Source: an uncultured bacterium
Lineage (GTDB): Bacteria; Acidobacteriota; HRBIN11; JAKEFK01
Reading direction: 5' to 3'
DNA length: 64,000 nt
NCBI GenBank assembly: GCA_963777505.1
Contig: CAVZQN010000006.1
Location: 423,119-487,118 of the forward strand
The notes under the pieces are model-generated. The model was not told the DNA's origin. It was given only the letters and a program-made list of their open reading frames with translations, and ran no database searches. Numbering within the stretch: position 1 is the stretch's first letter; each line of letters opens with the position of its first letter. Positions 27,950 to 36,377 of this stretch are shown here, piece after piece. The translations under genes were made by a program, and so were the position numbers.

Positions 27950-29602
27950 CTACAAGTATTTGACGATTAGCAGCGTCAAATCATCGCTACGTGGAAGTTC
28001 AGTTGTATGATTTGTGACGGTATCAATTACAGCTTGAAGAATGCTTTCTGAATTCAAAGCTCTATTTGTAATCAGTGTATTGCGCAAACGTTCTTCTCCA
28101 AAAAGTTCACCGCCAGGTCCATGCGCTTCTGTCACTCCATCAGTGTAGAGACACAATACATCTCCCGATTTTAGATCAATTGTTCGTTCTTCAAGCACGG
28201 CTTGTTCGATAACGCCCAGCACCATTCCTCTTGCTTCAAGTTCAACCCATTCGCCGGACTGTTTCACAAGAAAAGGAGGATTGTGTCCGGCATTTATATA
28301 GGTAAGTTTGCCATCTGAATCAAGGATTCCAATAAAGAGGCTTACAAATTTCCCCATATTTGAGCGTTGCACCAGAAAGCGATTTACATTTCCAATTGAT
28401 TCCAGAAGATTCTTATGACGTGATACTTCTGAAAAAAGAACTCCTTGAACAAGTGAAGTCAGTATTGCTGCAGAGATCCCTTTTCCTGATACATCTGCGA
28501 TGACAAAAGCCGTCCGGCCATCAACGAGCTGAATCAGGTCATAATAATCACCGCTGATTTTTCTACTTGGAGTATTTTGTGCACAAGCTTCGAACGTTTG
28601 ATAGGTTCCATGGATTTCAGGTAAAAGGCTTTCCTGAATTTCACGCGCCGTATGTAGTTCCATCTCAAGTTTTTCTTTTTCACGCGATTCACGTAGAAGC
28701 TTCGCATTCATCAGAACTGCACTTGCATCGTTTGCAAGTGATTCCAACAGGCCCTCGCTGATTGTGGACAGGATCGCCGTAGCCTTGCGGCTATCAAGAT
28801 AGATAGCGCCGAGCACATTTACTTTCAGACTAAATTCTCCGGATCCTTCAAAGCTTTGAGACTGACGTAGGGGAAGGCAAACAACTGTGCTCAGTTCCAG
28901 CGCTGCAATACTTTCAGCCTGCGGAAAAGGATTTTGATTAGGGCCGCTCATAATTTGTCTTGTTCCTGTTTGAATCACATCATTCAATACAGTACTGCTG
29001 ACTCGAAACTCACTTTCGTTGAGGTTCTGTTTGTTGTTATTTCGTCCGCGCTGAAACCGGGGTTGCTTTGAATCGTCTAAAAGAACAATGAAACCTCGTT
29101 CCGCATGTGTAATATCCAGCGCTATATCAAGCACAACATCAAGAATTTCGTGTAATGGAACACCGGCAGAAAATTGACGGACTCTTTCCAAAAAACGTGA
29201 AACATGTTGCAGGTCATTTGCTGATGAAGATTGATCAAAAAAAGTTGTTGATTGAATGGATGTCAGGAATGGTTCTGGCGGCTTAGCGTCCGCACCTGTT
29301 AGAAATATCAGTTCAGGATATTCGTTATGCGAAAGTTGGATTTTGTCTCCATGTGTGAGCGGTTTTTGTGTTTGAATGCGTTCGCCATTAACGAATGTTC
29401 CTGATTTGCTGCTGCAATCCTGGATGCGGAATTGATTTCCAACGCGCGTAATTTGCGCGTGAACTCGCGATACAAACGGATCATTTATTTTAAGATCGTT
29501 TTCACCGAGTCTGCCGATTTTAAAATCATCTTTTTGCAGACGAACAACACGTTCATCTCCCTTTGCATCGCGAAGTATTAGCCGTGGTTCAGATTCGGCC
29601 AT
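27950..29602 (-). CDS. FHA-GAF-PP2C (SpoIIE/RsbU-like) phosphatase
   Basis: FHA 'IGR...VSRVHA...SKSGTFVNG'; GAF 'AERGFI...LGAIYLDS'; PP2C 'SGDYYD', 'ADVSGKG', 'NAGHNPP', 'YTDGVTE', 'DDLT'. Confidence 0.92.
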   Translation of the reverse strand: MAESEPRLILRDAKGDERVVRLQKDDFKIGRLGENDLKINDPFVSRVHAQITRVGNQFRIQDCSSKSGTFVNGERIQTQKPLTHGDKIQLSHNEYPELIFLTGADAKPPEPFLTSIQSTTFFDQSSSANDLQHVSRFLERVRQFSAGVPLHEILDVVLDIALDITHAERGFIVLLDDSKQPRFQRGRNNNKQNLNESEFRVSSTVLNDVIQTGTRQIMSGPNQNPFPQAESIAALELSTVVCLPLRQSQSFEGSGEFSLKVNVLGAIYLDSRKATAILSTISEGLLESLANDASAVLMNAKLLRESREKEKLEMELHTAREIQESLLPEIHGTYQTFEACAQNTPSRKISGDYYDLIQLVDGRTAFVIADVSGKGISAAILTSLVQGVLFSEVSRHKNLLESIGNVNRFLVQRSNMGKFVSLFIGILDSDGKLTYINAGHNPPFLVKQSGEWVELEARGMVLGVIEQAVLEERTIDLKSGDVLCLYTDGVTEAHGPGGELFGEERLRNTLITNRALNSESILQAVIDTVTNHTTELPRSDDLTLLIVKYL

Positions 29603-29612
29603 ATTGTATTCG

Positions 29613-30347
29613 TTAATTTGCGATCGTGATCTTGCCGGATGTTCCTGGTTTCAATTGCCCTTTTTCGGATTGAGTTAGAATTTCCAAAATTACCGGTGCC
29701 ATTCCACTTCCAGCATCGATAACAGAACTGATCCATCTAATTTTTGCGGTAAATTTCTTAGAAGTTGCCGTATTCGGGACAAATTCAGCTTTTTTCCCTA
29801 ATGAAAATTGTCCGAGTTGCTCTTCCTGAACGTAAATACGTGCTAAAAGCGGAGTCGAAGCTGTGATTCTAAATAAAGGAACATCTTCATCCTCCACCAC
29901 ACGTTGACCAAGACGGGCGTATCGCTCAACGACAACTCCTGAAAATGGAGCCGTGATAATACTCTTTTCATAATTAACGCGGGCAATCTCATTTTCCATT
30001 TTTGCGCGATCAAATCCCAATCTGCGTTCATCATATTCCTGGGACGATAGAAGTTCCTGATCATGCAAAGATTTCGCTCTTTGAAATGCAGACTCAGATT
30101 CCTCCATTGTTACTCTTGCCTTTTCCATCTCGAGCTTCAAATCTTCATTTTCAAGGCTCGCGAGCGGAGTTCCTTTTTTCACGGATTGACCTCGATCAAC
30201 ATGGATTTGTTCGATGATCCCGGTGAGACGAGTCTTGATTTCTACATCGTTTTCTACAAAAAGTGAGGTGTCAAAAATCAGCGATTGTGCACCAACGTGA
30301 GGCGCGAAAAGACAGAATCCAAGCAGGGTTAATAGTCCTATTTTCAT
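29613..30347 (-). CDS. Stand-alone periplasmic adaptor (RND/HlyD MFP) with signal peptide
   Basis: 'GIIEQIHVDRGQSVKKG', 'ITAPFSGVV', 'LKPG'. First gene of the MFP-PP2C-HK-RR run. Confidence 0.85.
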   Translation of the reverse strand: MKIGLLTLLGFCLFAPHVGAQSLIFDTSLFVENDVEIKTRLTGIIEQIHVDRGQSVKKGTPLASLENEDLKLEMEKARVTMEESESAFQRAKSLHDQELLSSQEYDERRLGFDRAKMENEIARVNYEKSIITAPFSGVVVERYARLGQRVVEDEDVPLFRITASTPLLARIYVQEEQLGQFSLGKKAEFVPNTATSKKFTAKIRWISSVIDAGSGMAPVILEILTQSEKGQLKPGTSGKITIAN

Positions 30348-30391
30348 TAAATGGGGTTCCTAAGGCCGAGTGTAACACAAACTTTTGAAAA

Positions 30392-31000
30392 CTACTTCGT
30401 GTTGAATTTAGCCTGGATTACGCTGCTTCGTTCCAAGAATTCTCGCCAACATTCAGTGGGATTTGTATGAAAAATCGCTTTTGAATCGGCAGGTAAGACA
30501 TGCCAGTACCCTCCTGCGATTTCCCTTTCAAGCTGTCCGGCGCCCCAACCGGCATATCCTGCATAGAAGCGTAAACGGGGTTCATTTCCTATTTTGCCTA
30601 CCAGATTTTGCATTACAGATTTATCCGCACTGATGAAAATATTTTCGAACACATGTTCTGTGTTGTTTTTAGAAAGCGGGCTCTGGATCAAAACAAAGAT
30701 TGAATCGAGTGAAACAGGACCTCCCAGGTGCACCAACTCAGTCCGTTTTTTAACTTCAGGAATCTCCGGAAAAAGTTTTGAAACTCCAACAGGCGTGGGA
30801 TGATTTAGAATCAATCCAGCCGCGCCGTCTTTTCCATAACGAAAGAGCAAAACAACACTTTGTACAAAACGGGGATCCTGAAGTGTTCGATCGGCAACAA
30901 GTAGCTTTCCAACGGCCGGCGTCTTCCAATCTGACCCCATGACAGGGATTCCAGGAATGGCTAGCGTGATTAAGAAAATGAGAAGCTTCAGGATTGTCAT
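30392..31000 (-). CDS. YqgE/AlgH (UPF0301) family protein with N-terminal signal
   Basis: 'GKLLVA...DPRF..SVVLL', 'GLILNHP', 'GGPV', 'GYAGWGAGQLERE'. Confidence 0.9.
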   Translation of the reverse strand: MTILKLLIFLITLAIPGIPVMGSDWKTPAVGKLLVADRTLQDPRFVQSVVLLFRYGKDGAAGLILNHPTPVGVSKLFPEIPEVKKRTELVHLGGPVSLDSIFVLIQSPLSKNNTEHVFENIFISADKSVMQNLVGKIGNEPRLRFYAGYAGWGAGQLEREIAGGYWHVLPADSKAIFHTNPTECWREFLERSSVIQAKFNTK

Positions 31001-31031
31001 AACCTCTCATGATATAAAATAAGCTGAAATT

Positions 31032-32195
31032 ATGAAAAAGATGGGGGTCGGAGGGATCGGCTGTGTAACTCTTTTTATCCTTCCATTTGCGGCAGTCGGG
31101 ACTTTCATGTCCTTTGTTTTTGTTTCTGACTTTGTTGATTGGTTTCGGATGTTGAGCTGGAAAGAAGTTCCGGCAATTATCTTAAGCGCTAATCTTGAAC
31201 AGAGTCGCAGCAGCAAATCGACAACCTATGAAACAGTAGCGGAATATGAATATGTTTACGGCGGACGCACGTATCGAAGCACAAGAGTCTCAAGGTATTC
31301 CGGTAGCGATAACATTGGAACGTTTCATCAGGATATCTACAATGAAATATCCCGATACCGTGATTCAAAAAGGCCTTTTCGATGCTACGTAAATCCTGAC
31401 TCGCCAGAACAAGCGATCCTTTATCGCAAATCACGTTTAGCAATGCTTTGTTTTTATGCCGCTTTTGCTGGAGCATTTGGCGGAGTTGGGTTCGGTGTGC
31501 TGGCTGCAATGATCGTAGAACTGATCAACAACAGGCGCAGTTCAGCACTGGAAAAACTGTATCCTGGACAGCCATGGAAAGCACGACCCGATTGGAGTCG
31601 CGGGGAAGCGCGTACTTCTGCAGGACTAAAAATGTTTGTAGCTGTGGGAGTTTCAATTTTTGTACTCACTTTGTCGATTCCGATCCTCATTTTTATTCCT
31701 AAGGAATTAATGGAAGGAAACTTCGCAGCATTAATAGCCTTAATCCTTCCAGTGATTGCAGGTCTCTTTGTCACATGGGCAGTCCGTTCGGTTCTCCAGT
31801 GGAAACGTTTCGGGTCGGCTGTTCTTGTACTGAATGCAAATCCGGTGAAACCTGGAGAACGTTTACGGGGATTGATTAAGACTGGAGCTGAGCTGCCGCA
31901 ATCTGCAATCGTTCAATTGCAACTTAAGTGCGACCGGTCAACACGGGTACGTTCGGGAAATAAAACCAGAATTGAAAAGAACACCGAGTGGAGTCAAAGT
32001 TCTACCGGTACCGGCATGACAGGCGCTGATGGTAAAACCTGCGTTCAAGTCGATTTTGAAATTCCGGAGAATGTACCAACGACCGGAAAAGAATCCGAAA
32101 ATTCAGAAATCGAATGGGAATTACACGCGAAGTCTGAAATTCCAGGCATTGATCTAAATGCAACTTTCAAAATCCCCATTTTTCGAATTGTGTAG
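31032..32195 (+). CDS. DUF3592-like membrane protein, paralogue 1
   Basis: TM, 'W.EVPA.I.S..L', 'YEY..GRTY', 'CYVNPDSPEQAIL', further TMs, C-terminal 'PGIDL.ATF.IP.F'. Confidence 0.8.
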   Translation: MKKMGVGGIGCVTLFILPFAAVGTFMSFVFVSDFVDWFRMLSWKEVPAIILSANLEQSRSSKSTTYETVAEYEYVYGGRTYRSTRVSRYSGSDNIGTFHQDIYNEISRYRDSKRPFRCYVNPDSPEQAILYRKSRLAMLCFYAAFAGAFGGVGFGVLAAMIVELINNRRSSALEKLYPGQPWKARPDWSRGEARTSAGLKMFVAVGVSIFVLTLSIPILIFIPKELMEGNFAALIALILPVIAGLFVTWAVRSVLQWKRFGSAVLVLNANPVKPGERLRGLIKTGAELPQSAIVQLQLKCDRSTRVRSGNKTRIEKNTEWSQSSTGTGMTGADGKTCVQVDFEIPENVPTTGKESENSEIEWELHAKSEIPGIDLNATFKIPIFRIV

Positions 32196-32232
32196 TAGAG
32201 GCGAATCTAAGACTCGCCCGTAACTTGGAACT

Positions 32233-33348
32233 ATGAAAAAGGCGGAAAAGGGATCAGTCGGTTGTTTCGTATTTATTTTTGCTTTTGTTGCAGTAGGTAC
32301 AGCTCCAATTTACCTGTATTTCGCTGACCTCATAAACTGGGCGCGAATGCAAACATGGAAAGAAGTTCCAGCCATCATTCGTTCTGCCGATCTTAGTGCT
32401 GGCCGGACCACAGGCGGCAAATCAACTGTCTACAAGGCACTTGCCGTATATGAATATGAATACCAGGGCCGAAAATATACAAGCTCAAAGGTTTCAAGAT
32501 ATTTCGGCAGAGACAATATGGGCCATTTTCATGAAGATATTTATGACCAACTTATACTTTTCAAAAATTCCGGAAGACCATTTCGTTGTTACGTAAATCC
32601 GAATTCGCCTGATCAAGCAATCTTGTATCGCAATGTTAGATTGTCCATGCTTTGTTTGTTCGGCGGTCTCGGTGGAGTTTTTGGCGGAATTGGATACGGT
32701 ATGCTTGCCGGCTCTCTAGCTAGTTATGTCAGGGAAAAACGGGCTTCGGCATTTAGAAAGCGATTTCCTGCCGAGCCATGGAAGTGTCGTGCAGATTGGA
32801 GTCGCGGGGAATGTCAGACTACTGCCGGCTCCACTATGTTTGTTGCGATAGCAACTTCAATTTTGGCAGCTCTTTTTTCTGTTCCTATCCTTCTTTTTAT
32901 TCCTGGAGAACTGAGCAAAGGAAACTACAAAGCACTATGGGCGCTAATCTTTCCATTCGTTGGACTATTTGTGATCAAATGGGGAATTGGTTCGATCCTG
33001 CAATGGATTCGGTTTGGTCGTGCAGTTCTTCAGCTCAATAAGGTTCCAGTACGACCCGGCGAAAGGTTACAAGGAACTATCCGAACAGGTATGAATCTCC
33101 CACAATCCGCAGAAGTGACACTCAAGCTAATGTATAAAGGAGACGCCATTCGCACTTCTGAAAATGAAAAACCAAGAACGAATCCGTTCACAGGTGCTGA
33201 TGGAAAAACATTCATTCAAGTAGATGTGCAAATTCCAGAAAATGCTAAGACTGGAAAAGAATCAGACAATTGGGAGTTGAATGCTATCTCCAAAATTCCT
33301 GGGATCGATTTCGACGCTACTTTCAAAATCCCTGTCTTTAGAACTTAG
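32233..33348 (+). CDS. DUF3592-like membrane protein, paralogue 2 (tandem duplicate)
   Basis: Colinear with the upstream gene: WKEVPAII, RPFRCYVNP, DWSRGE, TGADGKT, IPGIDF.ATFKIP. Confidence 0.8.
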   Translation: MKKAEKGSVGCFVFIFAFVAVGTAPIYLYFADLINWARMQTWKEVPAIIRSADLSAGRTTGGKSTVYKALAVYEYEYQGRKYTSSKVSRYFGRDNMGHFHEDIYDQLILFKNSGRPFRCYVNPNSPDQAILYRNVRLSMLCLFGGLGGVFGGIGYGMLAGSLASYVREKRASAFRKRFPAEPWKCRADWSRGECQTTAGSTMFVAIATSILAALFSVPILLFIPGELSKGNYKALWALIFPFVGLFVIKWGIGSILQWIRFGRAVLQLNKVPVRPGERLQGTIRTGMNLPQSAEVTLKLMYKGDAIRTSENEKPRTNPFTGADGKTFIQVDVQIPENAKTGKESDNWELNAISKIPGIDFDATFKIPVFRT

Positions 33349-33432
33349 GCATGCCTGCGGTCCCTAAAGGGCAAAAGGGTTTGACTTTTGGGGGCTAACC
33401 ATATTCAATTACATCTTTCGTCTAACGAAATA

Positions 33433-35529
33433 ATGTTTCAACACCATAAACCTTTCTATCGCTGCGCTCTGATCGTTCTTCTATTTCTGAATTTTGCCCT
33501 CCTTCTTTCTGGAGATGAATCTTCCGTTGTCCCGGAGCAGGTTCAGATTTCAATGGAGCCCGCGATTTCCGCCGTTTATCCAGCCCTCGTACAGATCAGA
33601 GTTGTTTCAGCAACTTACGATGATGGAAGACAGAGGAAAGGTCTTGTAGCCGGAAGTGGAGTGATTATTTCCCCTGATGGATATGTTGTGACAAATCATC
33701 ATGTAGCAGGGAAAGCAACCGCAATCCGTTGTTTTCTTTCATCACGAAAAGAACTGGAAGCTAAACTTGTTGGGACTGATGCACTCACCGACATAGCCGT
33801 TTTGAAGCTTGATATTTCTTCTCTACCACCTGCTGAGCAGAAGCTGCCATTTGCTCGTTTTGGAAAATCTGAAGCATTGAAGATTGGTGATGCTGTTCTG
33901 GCAATGGGGTCACCTCTCGCACTTTCGCAGTCCGTTACGCGGGGAATTGTCGCGAACAAAGAGATGATGTTTCCTGATTTATTCGGCTCCGATTTACTTC
34001 TTGATGGTGAAGACGTTGGTTTGCTCGTGAAATGGATCGGCCATGATGCGCAAATTCTTCCTGGAAATTCTGGAGGTCCGCTTGTCAACCTTCAAGGAGA
34101 AATTGTAGGGATCAATGAAATAAGCCTTGGAGGATTTTTTGGTGGCGGAATGGGCGGCGCGATTCCAAGCGAGCTTGTACAAAAAATATCAGATGAATTG
34201 ATCGAACGTTCCAGCATCAGGAGAGTTTGGACCGGACTGAATTTTCAGCCGTTGTTGAAGAGTATTGTAAAAAAGAACGAGGGCAACTCACGGGGTGTAG
34301 TGGTTTCTTCTGTGATGAAAAATTCACCCGGACAGCGTGCGGGAATTTTGCCGGGTGACATTATTATTTCGCTGGATGGAAATCCTATCAATATCCGTTT
34401 TCGTGAAGAACTGCCATCCCTCCATCAATATTTGCTCTCACAGGCGACTGCAAAAAATCTCGAAGTCGTTTTACTTCGCAATGGAAAGGAACATCGCGTA
34501 AATCTCACAACAGAAATTCGTGATGATTCACAAGGAAAGCAAGAGGAATTGAATCAATGGGGCTTGGTTGTTGAAGATTTAACAACGGTAACCGTCCGTG
34601 AATTAGGCCGTGTTGATAAAACAGGTGTCATGGTCAGCAGCTTCAAAGGCGGAGGACCAGCCGATCAAGCTTCACCCGCATTACTGCCAGGAGATGTAAT
34701 CGTTGAAATTGCAGGAAAGCCTGTGAGCGATCGAAAAGCAATGCGAGAAATTACCGATCAAATCACGGAAGGACAATCAAAACCAGTTCCAACGCTTGTC
34801 GCTTTTGACCGAAATGTCGAGCGCCTCCTAACAGTAGTTGAAGTAGGAATTAAAATACCGCAACAACCTCCACCAGAAGCACGAAAAGCATACTTACCGG
34901 TTACAACTCAGGTGCTCACAAAAAAACTCGCAACCGCTCTCGGTGTTCCTGGAAAGCAAGGCGTACGAATCACCGGAATTTTGGCAGGCAGCAGTGCTGA
35001 GAAAGCAGGATTGAAGGTGAACGATATCATCACACATGTTGGTGATCAGCCAGTTGAAGCTTCCGAAGCACAACATGAATCCGTTCTTGAAACGATGCTA
35101 CGGGCTCATCGGATTAAGAGTTCACCTGAATTGACAGTAATTCGGGATAAGACGGAATTAAAAATTGCAGTAACACTTTCAGAACAACCGAAACCACTAC
35201 GGGAATTGAAAGTCTACGAAAATGTGATTTTAGAATTTAAAGCGCGAGATCTGTCATACGATGACAGAATCGAAATGAATTACGATCAAAATGTAAAAGG
35301 TGTCGTTGTAACAGAAGTCGAACCTGGAGGATGGGCCTCTGTCGGTGGTCTCCACGAAGAAGATTTAATTCAAGCTGTTAACGGACAAAATATTGAAAAG
35401 TTGGCAGAGCTTGAAGCCATCATGAATAGCGAACAAAAGAGCTCATCGAAATATATTGTCCTGTTCATTAAACGTGGAATTTATACATTCTTTTTGGAGT
35501 TGCAGCCAGTTTGGCCGGAGGAATCATAA
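33433..35529 (+). CDS. HtrA/DegP-type serine protease with about four PDZ domains
   Basis: 'GSGVII', 'TNHHV', 'TDIAVLK', 'PGNSGGPL'; repeated PDZ 'G...GD.I' units. Confidence 0.9.
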   Translation: MFQHHKPFYRCALIVLLFLNFALLLSGDESSVVPEQVQISMEPAISAVYPALVQIRVVSATYDDGRQRKGLVAGSGVIISPDGYVVTNHHVAGKATAIRCFLSSRKELEAKLVGTDALTDIAVLKLDISSLPPAEQKLPFARFGKSEALKIGDAVLAMGSPLALSQSVTRGIVANKEMMFPDLFGSDLLLDGEDVGLLVKWIGHDAQILPGNSGGPLVNLQGEIVGINEISLGGFFGGGMGGAIPSELVQKISDELIERSSIRRVWTGLNFQPLLKSIVKKNEGNSRGVVVSSVMKNSPGQRAGILPGDIIISLDGNPINIRFREELPSLHQYLLSQATAKNLEVVLLRNGKEHRVNLTTEIRDDSQGKQEELNQWGLVVEDLTTVTVRELGRVDKTGVMVSSFKGGGPADQASPALLPGDVIVEIAGKPVSDRKAMREITDQITEGQSKPVPTLVAFDRNVERLLTVVEVGIKIPQQPPPEARKAYLPVTTQVLTKKLATALGVPGKQGVRITGILAGSSAEKAGLKVNDIITHVGDQPVEASEAQHESVLETMLRAHRIKSSPELTVIRDKTELKIAVTLSEQPKPLRELKVYENVILEFKARDLSYDDRIEMNYDQNVKGVVVTEVEPGGWASVGGLHEEDLIQAVNGQNIEKLAELEAIMNSEQKSSSKYIVLFIKRGIYTFFLELQPVWPEES

Positions 35530-35530
35530 G

Positions 35531-36352
35531 GTGAAATCATTCAACTTTAGAAATATATTTTTGGCAATCGTTTGGTTTGGTTTTATCAATGCAACATTTG
35601 CAGATATCAAAACAACTGCGCTTGCAACATTGCCTAAAGTGCAAAAAGCGATTGTCTCTGTGAAAGTTCAGGCGAGTATTAAGTCGCGGGGACAGGATCA
35701 GGAGCAAAGAGTTGAAGTAACTGGAACGATGATTGATCCATCCGGATTAACAGTTGTATCGGAACAGTCGATAAACCCCGCAGCGATGCTGTCTGCATTT
35801 ATGTCCTCATTTTCAAGACGCGATGCGGAGGATATGAAAATTGAATCCCAAATCACAGAAACACTGATTGTGCTGGATGATGGAACAGAAATTCCGGCTG
35901 ATGTCGTTCTAAAAGATGAAGATCTTGATCTTGCATTCATTAAGCCAAAACAAGCTTCGGATAAATTTGTTCATATTCCTTTTAAACCACGGGAAAAGCC
36001 GATTGAACTGCTAGATGATTTTTTTGTCATTAGTCGTTTAGGAAGATCGGAAAATCGGTCGATTCATGTGAATATGGGAATGGTGTTATCCGTTGTAAAA
36101 GGTCCGCGCACATTTTATGTCTGCGATCAGGGAATATCAGGCAACAGCCTTGGTGTTCCAGCGTTTGGAGCAGACGGTTCCACGCTGGGTTTATTTGTCA
36201 CACGAAAAAATCAAGGAGATCAAGACGACATGAATGCCTTGATCAATATGATGATGGGAAAAGTTGGACAAAGTGGTTCCGTCTGGATTCTGCGTCCCGT
36301 TGAAGACATTCTGGAAGTCGCCAATCAAGCCTTGAACCCCGAAAAGGAATAA
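35531..36352 (+). CDS. Trypsin-fold secreted protein with degenerate catalytic motifs
   Basis: 'VTGTMIDPSGLTVVSEQS' (no His), 'DLDLAFIKP', 'GNSLGVPAF'. GTG start 2 bp after the HtrA stop. Confidence 0.7.
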   Translation: MKSFNFRNIFLAIVWFGFINATFADIKTTALATLPKVQKAIVSVKVQASIKSRGQDQEQRVEVTGTMIDPSGLTVVSEQSINPAAMLSAFMSSFSRRDAEDMKIESQITETLIVLDDGTEIPADVVLKDEDLDLAFIKPKQASDKFVHIPFKPREKPIELLDDFFVISRLGRSENRSIHVNMGMVLSVVKGPRTFYVCDQGISGNSLGVPAFGADGSTLGLFVTRKNQGDQDDMNALINMMMGKVGQSGSVWILRPVEDILEVANQALNPEKE

Positions 36353-36377
36353 GTCTCTGCGGCTCTGTGGTTCATCT

